Shown piece by piece: positions 48,000-61,219 of a DNA stretch of 64,000 nt. Source of the stretch: Carcharhinus amblyrhynchos. Its lineage: Eukaryota. The position numbers and the translations under genes are program-made. Positions within the stretch are counted from its first letter, which is position 1, and the number at the start of each line of letters is the position of its first letter. The stretch lies in the NCBI GenBank assembly GCA_965287045.1, contig OZ336875.1, forward strand, positions 74,710,001-74,774,000, read 5' to 3'. Under the pieces are notes generated by a model. The model worked only from the letters and a program-made list of their open reading frames with translations. It was not told the origin of the DNA and ran no database searches.

Positions 48000-50528
48000 T
48001 ATTTAGAAGACAAACAATCCTGGTGATCCTTTCAACACAGAAATCAACCTAATGAACTTCTCTGAATTACCTCAAATACAAATATACTTCTCATGAAATA
48101 AGGAAACCATAACTGTATGCAGTACTCTCGGTACAGTTTCATCAATGCCCTCCACAATTGTAGCAAGACTTTTCCACTTCTATATTCCATCCTCCACGTA
48201 ATAAAGATGAATAACTCACTACTTTCCTAATTACTTGCTGTACCTGCATGCTGACGTTTTGTGATTCAAGTAGACAGATACCTTTGCAGCATTCAGTTTG
48301 CTTTTTCCATTCTCTTTTCTATTTTTCCTGCCAAAGTGGGCAACCTCATATCATACTCCATCTGCTAAATTTTAACCCAGTCAATTAACCTATTTATATT
48401 GCTATGTGGATTCTTTGGGTCAGATTTTTAATTGTTAGCAGAGTCAGGATGGGGTGCGGGTGTGATTTAAAAATCAGATTCCTCATCGGCAAATTTGGAT
48501 CCCGACACTTCTGTGGCAGTCCTCAATTTTCAAAACGAGGGGCCAGGAAGGTAACAGAGAACCTGCTTGCCTACAATTAACGGCCCATTAAGCTCCTTGA
48601 AAAGCATGTTAGTGGGCTGGTGAGGTCAAAACTGCAATTTTTCAAAGTGGATTTGGTGAATCTAAACAGTCCGGGCAAAGGGAAATGATTTCTTTGATTA
48701 ATTGGAATTTATTGGACTATGGGAGATCTTACATGGATCAGGCATATTATCTCTGATTTGGCCAGAAACTTTTTTAAGCTTCTATGTTGTTACCCTTTTG
48801 GTATCCTGACCGCTCTCCTCAGCGAGACAGTGGCAAGCCCTCATCATGGCTGTCTTCTGCCCTTATTGTTTGCATGTTTTAGACAGATCCTGCCTCCTAG
48901 AGGCATTTGTGCCACTCATTGGACACCAAGTTCACCTATGGCCTAATTAAGGAATTGACATTTCAAAATAGCATCATGTGATTGATGCAGTTGTTGTTTG
49001 GAGATGGCGCCCTGAATTTACCCTGGCATTAGAGTTATGACACTGCTTTGCCCCTAATGTTCTTCTCACAACTTACAATTCTACCTACCTTTGTATCATC
49101 AGTAAGTTTGGCTGCAATCTGTCCATTCATCCAAGTCATTAATATAAACTGCAAAATGTTGAGGGCCCAGCACTGATCATTGTAGCACTCTGCTAGTTAT
49201 GAATTGCCGTACGCACAATTACCCGTTCATCCTCAATTGCTGCTTTCTGTTACTTAGTCAGTTCCCACCAATGCTAATTAGTTCACACGCAACAAGCTCT
49301 TGTGAACTAACTAATGCAGCATCTTATTGAATGCCCTTTAGAAACCCAAATATACCACATCTTCTGGTTCCCCTTTAATCATCCTGCTTGTTACATCCAC
49401 AAATAACTCTAATACATTTGTCAAGCACAATGCCCTTTTGTAAAAACCATGTTAACTCTGCTTGATTGCATTATGATTCTCTAAATGCCCTGCAACTATT
49501 TTCTTGATAATGGATTCTAGTAATTTCCCAATGGCAGAGGTTAGGCTAACTGGCTGACAGTTTTTTTTCTGTCTGTCTTGAATAGGAGAGTTACATTTGC
49601 AGTTTTCCAATTCACTGGGACCTTCCCAGATTGTAGGGAATTTTGGAAGATTACAACTAATGTAACTATATCTGCAGCAAACCATCAGGTCCAAAGGAAG
49701 TGACAATCTTTGGTCTCATTAGTTTGCCTAGTTTTTCCTAATAATAATGATTGTTTTAAATTCCTCTTTCCACTTCTTTTTGATTAGCTACTATTATTGG
49801 AATGCCGTTGGTATCTTCTGCCATGAATACATGTATAAAATACTTGTTCAAAGGGTGACATTTATTTGTTTCCCATTATTAACTCCCCAGTCTCATCCTC
49901 CAAAGGATCAACATTTTATTCAGCTTTTCTCTTCCTTTTTAATGTATTTGTGGCAGCTCTGAGTGTCTGATTTTATATTTCTCACTGGTTTACACTCATA
50001 ATTTATTTATTTTTCCTTTTGTTTAGAAATCTTGTGCTTGTTTCTAAAATTTCTCAATCTTTGATACCATCTTTGACTTTCAAGTAGATAGTTCATCCTT
50101 CTGCTGGAGTCTTTCTCAAATGGAATATAAAGAAAAAAAGACATGAATTTATATAACACAATCACGAGACAGCTCAAAACACTTAACAGTCAATTAATTA
50201 TTTTTGAAGTTCAGTCATACCATTTTGAGAAATCTGAACTATCTCCACTAATTTCTGTAATTAATTATTTACTCTCTTACCTTTTAATCAATTTTCAAGT
50301 CCACATTTAACCACTTTAAGACCCAAGTTCACCATCCTCAATCTGAATTTGAAATTCCACCATGTCATGCACACTCTTCACTAGAGGATGTTTTACTGTG
50401 AGATCATTAATTAATCCCATCTCGTTACACATTTCCAGATTGAAAATAGTCTGTACTGTGGTTGGTTCTACAATGTATCACTCTAAGAAACTGTTCCAAA
50501 TACATTCTGGCGAGTCGTCTTCAAGGTT
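48000..50528 (-). mobile_element. Old antisense CR1 remnants (continue at 53340-53720)
   Basis: PVSLTSAIGKLLESIIK at about 49500 and endonuclease remnants (ESVWVNIRNSKG) at 53416-53655. Confidence 0.75.
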
Positions 50529-53338
50529 TCAAGAGACGTGGCTGCAAGGTGACAGGGGCTGGGACCTGAATGTCCAGGGGTATCAACTGTTTAGGAAGGA
50601 TAGGCAGGAGGAAAAAGTGGGGGGGGGGGGCGTAGCTCTGCTGATTAAGGATAGCATCAGGGTGGTGGTAAGGGATGATATAGGAACCAAAGAGCAGAAA
50701 GTGGAATCATTGTGGGTGGAGATTAGGAACAGCAAAGGGAGGAAGACGCTGGTGGGTGTCGTCTATAGGCCCCCAAATAATGATCTGGAGGTGGGGCAGG
50801 CTGTTAACGCGCAAATAAATGCGGCGTGCAGGAATGGGACGGCGATAATTATGGGGGATTTCAATCTACATATTGATTGGTCGGCCCATGTTGGACGTGG
50901 TGGGCTTGAGGAGGAGTTCTTGGAATGCTGCCGGGATAGTTTCCTCGAACAATGTGTGTTGGAGCCGACGAGGGAGCGAGCTATCTTGGATCTGGTGTTA
51001 TGTAATGAGGCGGGTAGAATTAGTGACCTTGTGGTGAAGGATCCTCTTGGGAAGAGTGATCATTGTATGGTGGAGTTTCTGATGCAGATGGAGGAGGAGA
51101 AAGTGGGTTCCTGGACATGTGTCCTTTGTTTGAACAGAGGGGAGTATGGTAGGATGAGAGAGGAATTGGCGAATGTTGATTGGGGGAGTGCGTTGGAAGG
51201 TAGGTCTGCTGAGGAACAGTGGAGGATCTTTAAGGAGATCTTTCTTGGTGCTCAGCAGAAATTTATTCCGATGATTATAAAGGATCGTAGGAGGAGAGGT
51301 AATCAGCTGTGGATAACGAAGGAGGTGAAGGAAAGTGTTAAATTAAAAGCGGATGCGTTTCGAGTAGCTAAGAGTAGTGGGCGAGAAGAGGATTGGGAGA
51401 GGTTTAGATGTCAACAAAGAATGACAAAGAAGTTGATAAAGAAGGGTAGGAGAAACTATGAAGCTGGGCTAGTGCTTAATATAAAAAAGGATAGCAAGAG
51501 TTTTTATAAATACATAAAAAGGAAGAGGCTGGCTAGGGTGAACATTGGACCCTTAGAGGATGAGAGGGGGGACTTAGTGGTAGGGAATGGGGAAATGGTT
51601 GAGGCCCTGAATAACTTTATTGTTTCGGTCTTCACGGAGGAGGACGTGAATAATTTGCCGGGTGTTAGCGATGGAAAGATGGTAGGAGTGGAGGGCCTGA
51701 ATGACATTATTGTTACTAGAGAGGTGGTGCTCGACAGACTGGAGGGACTGATTGTGGACAAGTCCCCAGGACCGGATGGAATGCTTCCAAGGGTTCTGAA
51801 GGAAATGGCGGAGGTGATAGTGGATGCCTTGGTGATTATTTTCCAAACGTTGCTGGATTCCGGGAAAGTACCGGAAGATTGGAAAATGGCTAATGTTACG
51901 CCGTTGTTTAAGAAGGGTGGCAGGCAAAAGGCGGGGAATTATAGGCCGGTTAGTTTAACGTCTGTTGTAGGTAAAATGTTAGAATCCATCATCAAGGAGG
52001 AAATAGCGAGGCATCTTGAGGAGAATTGTTTGGTAGAGCAGACGCAGCACGGTTTCGTTAAGGGGAAGTCGTGTCTGACGAACTTATTGGAGTTCTATGA
52101 GGATGTGTCTAGGGCGGTGGATAGAGGAGAGCCGGTGGATGTGGTCTTTCTTGATTTTCAGAAGGCGTTTGACAAGGTGCCTCACAAGAGGTTATTACAG
52201 AAGGTCAGGGGGCATGGAGTTGGGGGTAGGGTGTTAGCGTGGATAGAGGATTGGCTGTCAGATAGGAGGCAGAGAGTGGGGGTCAACGGGTGCTATTCGG
52301 ATTGGCGGTTGGTGACCAGTGGAGTGCCCCAGGGGTCGGTGCTGGGGCCTCGGCTATTCACCATTTATATAGATGATCTGGAGGAGGGAACCGAGTGTAT
52401 GGTGTCGAAATTTGCTGATGACACCAAGATTGGTGGAAAGGCAAATTGTGCGGAGGGTTTGGAGAGTCTGCAGAAGGATCTAGATAGGCTGGGCGAATGG
52501 GCCAGGAACTGGCAAATGGAATTTAATGTTGGCAAATGTGAGGTTGTCCACTTTGGTCGGAATAATGGTAGGAAGGACTATTACTTACGTGGCGAAAAAC
52601 TGCAGCATGCAATGGTGCAGAAGGACCTCGGGGTCCTTGTGCATGAGTCGCAAAAACCCAGCCTGCAGGTGCAGCAGGTGGTCAGGAAGGCGAATGGGAT
52701 GCTGGCCTTCATAGCGAGAGGGATTGAATATAAAAGTAGGGAGGTCTTGCTGCAGCTGTATCGGGCACTGGTGAGGCCGCAGCTGGAGTACTGTGTACAG
52801 CTTTGGTCGCCGCACTTACGCAAGGATATTTTGGCCTTGGAGAGGAGGTTTACTAGGCTGATTCTGGAGTTGAGGGGGTTGAACTATGAGGAGAGGCTGA
52901 ATAAACTAGGCTTGTACTCGTCAGAGTTTAGAAGAATGAGGGGAGATCTCATTGAGACGTATAAGATGTTGAATGGGATGGATAGGATAGAGGTGGAGAG
53001 ACTCTTCCCACTCAGAAAGGACAGTAGGACTAGGGGGCACAGCCTCAAGATAAAGGGGGGACGGTTTAGAACGGAGTTGAGGAGGAACTTCTTCACTCAA
53101 AGGGTGGTGAATCTCTGGACTTCTCTGCCCGTTGAAGTGGTGGAGGCTGCCTCGCTCAATATTTTTAAGACGCGGGTTGATAGGTTTTTGATAGGCAAGG
53201 GGATTAAGGGTTATGGGGAGAGGGCGGGAATGTGGAACTGAGCCACGACAGATCAGCCATGATCTTATTGAATGGCGGGGCAGGCTCGAGGGGCTAGATG
53301 GCCTATTCCTGCTCCTATTTCTAATGTTCTTATGTTCT
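50529..53338 (+). mobile_element. Young CR1 LINE (second family) with nearly intact ORF2
   Basis: Open frame from ETWL through EN and RT (FADD) to the stop at 53241, followed by a short 3'UTR and TTCTTATG tail. Inserted in an old antisense CR1. Confidence 0.95.
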
Positions 53339-53934
53339 AATTTGATCTGTCACATCAATATGGAAATTAAATGTCTCACAATTTAGCAGTATTTCTTGCT
53401 TTATACTCTGTTTGATCAGTAGCTACTTTCAGTGCCTAAAGACAATTCCCACCAGTGACCTATTCCCTTGCTATTTCTTATGTTCACCCAAACTGATTCT
53501 GTATCTTGATCTTCTGAGCCAAGATAATTTCTTACCACTGTACTGATTTTGTCCTTTATTAGCAGAGGCATTCTATCCTCCTTTCCTTGCTGCCTATCAT
53601 TCTGAAATATCAAGTGCTCTTGAATATTTGGTTTCAAACATTGATGCCCTTGCAATATGTCTTGGTAATGGTTTTCAGACTTGTTTCTATTTGTGCCTTT
53701 AATTCATGTAACTGTTATTGAATGATGGAGATGGCTTGGAAAGCCATACAGTCTGCTACTGCTCCTATTTCTTAAGCTCTACTACTGCAGGGAAGTAACA
53801 TTGCATTAGGAAAGAAGATTAGAAAAATCATTTCCCCTGTAATCAGTAGGGTTTGTTGTCACAATGGAGTTTGACTGGAGGGAGATGGCTTGGAGGGGCT
53901 GGGATGCGACTTAAGTCACATTCAGAGAGTTGTT

Positions 53935-54215
53935 GACACAGTGGTTAGCACTACTACCTCACAGTGCCAGGGACCTGAGTTCAATTCCAGCCTTGGGTGA
54001 CTGGGCAATGTCTGCACATTGTCTGTGTGGGGATCCTCCGGGTGCTCCGGTTTCTTCCCACAGTCCAAAGATGTGTACGTTAGATGGATTAGCCAATGTG
54101 AATGTGCAGGGTTACAGGAATAGGGTGGGGGAGAGAGCCTGGATAAGACATTCTGTCGGAGCGTTAGTGCAGATCGGCCAAATGCCTCCTTCTGCGCTGT
54201 AGGGATGCTATGATA
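53935..54215 (+). mobile_element. V-SINE (HE1-like)
   Basis: cagtggttagcact...gagttcaattcc...ccgggtgctccggtttc. Confidence 0.8.
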
Positions 54216-55169
54216 TTGTCTAGGGAAAAAGGAGTAGGGAAAGATTCGCTCAGGGAAACTTTTACTGCCTAATAATTCATCAGTATATTTCCATTAATTC
54301 TGGTTTCCACATTGTTTGGTACAGATGATGGGATAAATTAATTTTTTGGGTGCAAATAGACTTCTGAACAAACACTGCTCTGGGAGACTCACCACCAATA
54401 ATTGACAAACATCTCCCTACGTCATCGCGTGTCAGTCAGTGATGCAATGGGCTATTTTGATATAATTGATGTCATCACGTGGTGCTTGTTTACAAATGGA
54501 AACATTTTTCTTTGCATTTTAAACTGTGTCCCTTTAAATAACAGCAGCAGAATAGTGCAGTTCCTATATTGCTGATTGCTCAACTTCGAAAATCTGCTCC
54601 ATAACATTCAACAAAAAGGCAGTGAACTGAATATGCAACAGATTGGGCAAAATATCTTTTTTAGAATAATATAATTTCATCTAATTTAGCACTTTGCACG
54701 GAAGGTTCGTTTAGAAGCTATCATTTGCTGTTAACAACCATGCCTTCCCTGACCATGATCGTGTGGGGCAAACATCCATATCATGATAGAGTGGGACAAA
54801 CATAAAAATTCCAACACTAAGGAAGAGTATAAACTTCAAGACAATATATCACACTATGATGGGGCAATGAAACTTTACAAATAGAAATACAAAAAATAAA
54901 TAAAATCAAGGTTCATTGCAAATACTTTTTTGGAGGGTAAAACAAGACCGATTCCAACATCCGCTTTGAGATAAAACAAGAGAGCTTCGATTATAGACGT
55001 TGCATTTTATTTGTACATGTTGCACTGATTTGGTTTTTGATGTTAGATCGGTGTTGCAAAGGTTTCCACATGGCGAGTTCGTTGTAATCGATCTGCCCCC
55101 GTTGCATTTAATTGCAAAAAGAAAAAAAGGATGTCAAGTGTATTTTTTTTAAAAAATGGTATTTGCAAT

Positions 55170-55428
55170 GTTGCGGGCGGGCGGAATTGCGCGGCGGGTG
55201 CGGGGTGCGCGTGCTGTTTGATTGGAACGTTAGGGGGACGCAATGGAACGTGGTGTCGGCAGGGAGAACTCACAGGATTCGGTGACATAAAAGCGGCGGC
55301 GCGAGCCGGAGGCCGGGCTACAGTCCGGCGGGAGGATGTAGCAGATCCTCCCCCTGTATCCACTTCATAACCCAGTGGTGTAGCGGCAGCAGCTGGACAG
55401 CCTCCCATTGCACACTCCCCATTCTCCC
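55170..55428 (+). promoter_or_regulatory. CAPRIN2: CAPRIN2 CpG-island promoter and 5'UTR
   Basis: Abrupt CpG-rich segment in an otherwise CpG-depleted window. GC boxes (GGGCGGGCGG, about 55175), inverted CCAAT (ATTGG, about 55221), TATA-like CATAAAA at 55286-55292. Confidence 0.75.
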
Positions 55429-55512
55429 ATGGTTCAGCTTCTGCTGCCTGTCTTCCCCTCCCTCCGGAGCAGCTTCATAGTCAGCAGCAGCGGTAGCAAC
55501 AGCCGGTGAAAG

Positions 55513-55773
55513 ATGAAGATGAAGGCCGAGAAGAGGTCGCCTTCCAGCGGCGGTGGAGGTGGCAGTGGCAGTGGCAGCAGCAACAGCGGTGGTGGTGGTG
55601 GAGGAGGAGGAGGAGGAGGAGGAGGAGGCAGCAGTAGCTCCGTGGTCCAGGGGCCGGCCCCTTTCAGCCAGGCTCTGGCGGCGGCTAACAACCAATATCA
55701 GGCGTACGAGACGTACTTGGAGAATGGCATGATCTGTCTCAAGCATAAAATCCGAAACATTGAGAAAAGGAAG
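55513..55773 (+). CDS. CAPRIN2: CAPRIN2 coding exon 1
   Basis: MKMKAEK...poly-Gly...QYQAYETYLENGMICLKHKIRNIEKRK, followed by donor GTAAC. QAYETYxENGxICLKHKIRNIEK is the Caprin-2-type HR1 start. Confidence 0.92.
55546..55636 (+). repeat. GGN trinucleotide tract encoding poly-Gly/Ser in CAPRIN2 exon 1
   Basis: (GGT)n(GGA)n run encoding 14 consecutive glycines. Confidence 0.9.
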
Positions 55774-57026
55774 GTAACATGAGCATCTTCGCCTCTCCTC
55801 ATAACCCCCTCCCTCGCTGCTATGGCTCTGAATCCATTTAATGTTACCTGGATAATTTCTGCAGTGTCAGTTGCTGCAGTCCAGCTGCATTGCATTGGGT
55901 TACACACTTCTCCCTCCCATCCGCGAAACAAAAATCAGTCAACTCTTAAACTTTGCAATTAAAAATATATTTTTCCCTATGCATTGTTTTGCTACTCGTT
56001 ACGCTAAAATGCTTTTGTTTTTTTAAACAGTACAGGTAACCTTACTTTTCTATATTGAGGACACAGGTTTTGCATTTGAAGTGTTAAAAGGGGCAGCGCC
56101 CACATTGCGCAGCTAGATTTCCACCCTTTCTCAGCGCCGCCCCCCCCCCCCTTCCAAAAAAAGTGGAATGCTTAAACACTAATTTGCGGAAGATTAAAAT
56201 AGCAGCGTGAATGCCGTGTTGGCTAAGTCTGGAGGTTTCTAAATAAAATTGGACACACTAGTTCACCCTGGGCTATTTAACAAAATTCAATGATATTACA
56301 GTCACAAACACACAGAACATGTTTGTCTAAATTGCATTCGCTGCCCCAGTTGTCTTCAGTGATAAATCACTGCACATAACATAAACAGCCCAAATGTGTA
56401 ATCCCTTTGCACATTCATCAGGGAGCTTGGTCCCTTTTGCATTGCTTACATTTTCAAATATATATTTGCTTCAGACGAACCTATGTCCCCAGGCAGAAGT
56501 TACTTGCATTAATCTTTCTATCGACCTTCCAAAAAAAAGGTTGTAATGTGAATAAAGCAAAATGTCGCGGATGCTGCAGATCTGAAATAAAAACCAAAAA
56601 GTGCTGGGAAAACTCAGCAGGTCTGGCAGTATCTGTACAGAATTTAATAATTTCATTTTCCAGCACGTTAATAAGTCGGTTATCTGTTTTTATTGCTAAA
56701 ACGTGCCAGTCTAAGTAACTTGCTCGAAAGCTGCTTCATACTTCACAGACAGGGCTTGGTTCTCTGTCCTGTTAGAATGCATGCAGCAATTGACCTACCA
56801 TTGCCCTCTTTGGGGTGAAGCTTGTAATGTTGCTTGTTTTATGCAGCATTTTGTGCACTTTACACCTTTGTGGATGACACGAATGCTGCAGCTTGACATT
56901 GAGTATTTCTGGTGTTGAATATAGTTTAATAAATTTAACAAATGGGAATGCAGTGAACACTTTTTTAAAAAAGGTGAGCTCATACTCCAGTTGCATGACC
57001 ATGTGGTGGTCTCATTCTTTTTCCAG

Positions 57027-57086
57027 GCAAAACTGGATGACTATAAAGAACGCCTAAAACGAGAAGAACTTAATCAAGATCAGTTG
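57027..57086 (+). CDS. CAPRIN2: CAPRIN2 coding exon 2
   Basis: CAG/GTATGT boundaries. Encodes AKLDDYKERLKREELNQDQL. Confidence 0.93.
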
Positions 57087-57249
57087 GTATGTATGTTTGA
57101 ATTGATTTCATGCTGGGGGCTGGTAATCTTCTAAATTTTCCAATTGCATAACATTTGCCATTGTTCTTACCAAATTGACAGTGTTCTCTTCCATTAAGCT
57201 TGCTTGAACAATCTTGGCATTCCCTAGGCTACCTGTACAGGCACAATTT

Positions 57250-57885
57250 ACTATAGAACATAATACAGTACAGGCCCTTTGACCCTCAATGTTGTGACGT
57301 GTTATGTCTAAACCCAAGATCAAGCTATCCCACTCCCTATAATTCTAGTGTGCTCTATGTGCCTATCCAATAACCGCTTGAAAATTCCTAAAGTGCCTGA
57401 CTCCACTGTCACAGCAGGCAGTGTATTCCACACCCCAACCACTCTGAGTGAAGAATCTACCTTGGACATCCCTCCTATATCTCCCACCATGAACCTTGCA
57501 GTTATGCCCCCTAGTAACAGTTACATCTGCCCGAGGAAATAGTTTCTGCATTGTCAACTCTATCTATACCCCTCATCTTATAAACCTCTAAGTGGCCTCT
57601 CATCCTCCTCTGCTCTAAAGAGAAAAGCCCCAGCTCCCTCAACCTTTTCTCATAAGACCTAGCTGCCAAACTAGGCAGCATCCTGGTAAATCTCCTCTGC
57701 ACTCTCTCCAATGCTTCCACATACGACTTATAGTGAGGTGACCAGAACTGAACACAATATTCCAAATGTGGTTTCACCAACGTTTGGTATAGTTGTAGCA
57801 TAACCCCATGTTAATAAACACTAACACACTATAAGCCTTCTTCACAGCTCCAGCCACTTGAGTGGCAACCTTCAGAGATCTGTGC
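57250..57885 (-). mobile_element. CR1 3' fragment in CAPRIN2 intron
   Basis: MLQLYQTLVKPHLEYCVQFWSPH... Confidence 0.88.
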
Positions 57886-59398
57886 ATCACCTTTGAATGA
57901 TCTTACCACTGAAACTGGATTTTGTATGAAGTTTTGCTTTGGAGATATTAAATTGCCAACTTAAAGGGTGAGGTGAGGCTTTCAGAACTAGTGGCAGTTT
58001 TTTACTGGATTCTGGATGCAAAATACACAAGTACTGCAATGAAACCACGTTCTCATACAAATGACAATACCCAAAGCCTGGAATTGTTTTGTACGCTGCT
58101 CACCAGCCCTTGATTTTAGCTGATCCAAACTTCATATGCCTGTCACTGTTTCAGTTTGTATTTTGCCTTTTATGATGAGATGTCCTGCAAATGCTGCACT
58201 GAGAGCTTGATCAGGCAGAATCTGACACTGAGCCATTTGAGACTTGGGATTGGTGAACAGGCTGGTAGATTTGGCGATCAAGAGGCCATACAGGAATTTT
58301 GAAAGTGAGGGTGATATGTGATCCCTGTCTAATACAAACAACTCTGAGCACGGGTGGCAAGATAGTATCCAGGCAGCAGAGTTTGAATGACCACCTCTTT
58401 TTAAAGGTGCTAACTAGGAGAGTGATGGAACAATTAAATCTTGGTGTAACATGATCATGGGTGAGAGTTTCCCAAAAGGCAATGTTGTATGACCATGGAA
58501 GCAAACTATTTCTATGATGGGCTTGATGTAGGGTTGTGCTTCTCTTGGTATCAATTAAGGTTATGAAGTCTGATAGTGGCTAGGGAATGGAGTTTGAGGG
58601 GGGGGCTAAACATAATAATTTCCAGCATCCCAAAGTTTAGTTGGAGAAAATTTTTGATCATGAATCCTGATGATCAATTATGAGACATGGCACTTGGATG
58701 AGAAATGGGATGGGGTCCTTGTTGGGGACTCCAGAAGTTGGAGTAAGATGAGTAGGATCCACAGCAGGTTTGTGTAACGTTATCCTGTGGTGCCTATGCA
58801 CATGGCGCATTGTGACATCTGGCATTTAAATCCCACCTTTGTAATTGTTGCATTTGTTAACCCTCTTGTGGCCTATGTTGGCTAGAGCAGCTGGTTGTGT
58901 AAAGCTGGAGAATCAGTAAGCATGACATGATCAAGAATGGGGACATCCATCACCAGAAATGGATCTTTCATCTTCCTATAAGCACCATAATTTTGTTTCT
59001 CTCTATTGTGCAATATGTAGAAGGAGGTAAGAGAAAAATCGAACGAGCTCCTTCCAGATGAATTGCATTGCTGTGGTTTTTTGGTGGTTTTGTGACCTAA
59101 TGAGAAGCTATTTGTGGGGGTGTGGGAGAGGCAATTATAAAGAAGTAAGGGACAAATGTACTCAATTATTGAAGGCTTGACTCCCTATTTTGCAAGAGAA
59201 AACAACTTTGATTAGAATTATACTTTTTTAAAAAAAGGTGCAAATATTTTAAACATTTGCCAACTACTCAGTAAACTGGCCCCTCTTGCTAAGATGCCAT
59301 AAGTAAAGCTTGGTGATCCCTGAGTGACATTAGTCATTGAGGTCTTTTGTTTGTTACTATCAAACAAAACCATAATGCCCAAATGCTGTCTTTCACAG

Positions 59399-59485
59399 GA
59401 TGCCGTAGACAAATATGAAGAAGTAATTCATAATCTGGAATTTGCCAAGGAGCTGCAGAAAACCTTTGTTGCACTCAACCAAGAG
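59399..59485 (+). CDS. CAPRIN2: CAPRIN2 coding exon 3
   Basis: CAG/GTAAG boundaries. Encodes DAVDKYEEVIHNLEFAKELQKTFVALNQE. Confidence 0.95.
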
Positions 59486-60048
59486 GTAAGATCTTTCATT
59501 TGCTGCTAAGGGTTTGAGGGTTGGATAATGAGCGCTGCAGTTGAAGTTGTATTGTGCTATCTGCTGTCCCTGATTGTTGCAAATGTCAAGATATGGCATT
59601 ACTGTTGCTGTAACAGCTAAGCTTTCAATTTGCTAAGCCAACATTGAATAACTGGCTATCAGTCATTCTTGGATGTGATATCTTACTTTATTCATCATGT
59701 TTTAATGTTGCCAATTCCAGTTGGTAGATTGGGATTGTGCAATCTTTTAGTATACGGGTTTAAAATTGCCTCTGGTTTAGGCAGCTTTGTGTGGGGCAGT
59801 CTGCTGGGAATGCAAATTTACACTAACCTCAAGGTTGATCAAGGACAGTGATCTAAGAGCATGAACTCACCACTTTCCTTCCCCAGATCCCTGAATGAAA
59901 GCACGTGAAGGCCATTTGCTGCGCTGCTTCAAACTGAGATTGGTGAATTGAACCTAGGCCTGTGTCTTAATCTGGTCTAGTGAGTGGACTAATTATCAAG
60001 GGGAACATTAGACTTTGGTGTAAACTCAACTGTATTTGTTTTGAACAG

Positions 60049-60287
60049 CTGCTAAAAGCACAAAAGAAAATGCTGCGACGTGAGCAACTTATGAGGACAG
60101 AAATGGAGAAGCGCCGTCTTCGTACAGTATTGCATATTAAATATGTACTAGAGAACTTCAAACAGGAGCATGTTCAGAATGACTTCAAAGATGGCATTAA
60201 TGGTGCATTTATTATTTCTCGGAAGGAAATCAGCCTCCTCAAGGACTTCTGCAAACTTGCTTGCCCTGAAAGGGATGAAAGAATATC
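60049..60287 (+). CDS. CAPRIN2: CAPRIN2 coding exon 4
   Basis: CAG/GTAAGT boundaries. Encodes LLKAQKKMLRREQLMRTEMEKRRLRTVLHIKYVLENF...CPERDERI. Confidence 0.95.
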
Positions 60288-61219
60288 GTAAGTAATGGCT
60301 TGACATGAGGTAGTTTGCTTCATCTGTCTGACATTTTACAAAATCTCTCCTTGGCTTAATGGTTGCCACTGACTTTTGTTGTTTGCCCCTTGAATGCAGT
60401 CCTTGTGGTGAAAATGCTGTTGGGTAGGGAGTTCCAGGCTCTAAAATGGATATTAGTAATACTTAACTTGCAATTCAAACTCTGCTTTTGAAATGTAGAT
60501 AGGTGATCAGCAAATTTAGCCATCCATCTAAAGTGATACCTCCATAGACTTCTGAAGCAAGATTAACAGGTGGCAGTGCGTGGAAGAGATGCTTGAGAAT
60601 CTCCATATCTGGTTCCATTTTAGTATCAGTCTCAAAGGAGCACCTTGATTTATAGGAAAGCAACTATGTGTGGAGCACAGCAGGGGGTTAGAATAAAGTG
60701 GAGTATCTGTTATCACTGGTGAACAACTTTTTGTGGGAGTGAGTCTTTGGAAGAGATTTTTCTTTTCTGATTTTTGGATGGTAGCAGTGTTGCCGTGGTA
60801 TCAAGTGATGTCTTGGTTGCTGCAGAGGTTGAAATTGCCATCAATTAGCATCATGGGGGCAACTATGCATTCAGCACTTATTCCTGTCTCACTTAATATT
60901 GCTAATGAGCTATGTGTTTGCTTATAACCTTGTTTTCCTGCAGTGTTCCTTGAGAAAGTGAATGCAAGAAGAATTTTTGATAGTGGGTTTTACATTAATG
61001 TCTCAAGTGTATTAATCCAGTATCTAAACCTATTTCTTGGAACAAAACTGCACCTCTGCCTCTGATTTTTGGTTTGGCACAGATTTAATATGTCATTGGG
61101 GGTGTAAGGGGATTTTCCTGGGGCCTCCCAGTGGGTGGGGGGGAGCAGTCTTGCATTCAGCTGATCTTAGCTTAACACAGACTTGCAAAGATCATGCTGT
61201 TGTTTTATTTGAACAGCAC

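Noticed and set aside
55507-55509. TGA as a selenocysteine codon
   Set aside because: No SECIS can be assessed because the 3'UTR is outside the window, and Caprins are not known selenoproteins.
55318-55746. Minus-strand ORFs with poly-Ser/Thr/Pro
   Set aside because: Antisense shadows of the GC-rich CAPRIN2 exon 1.
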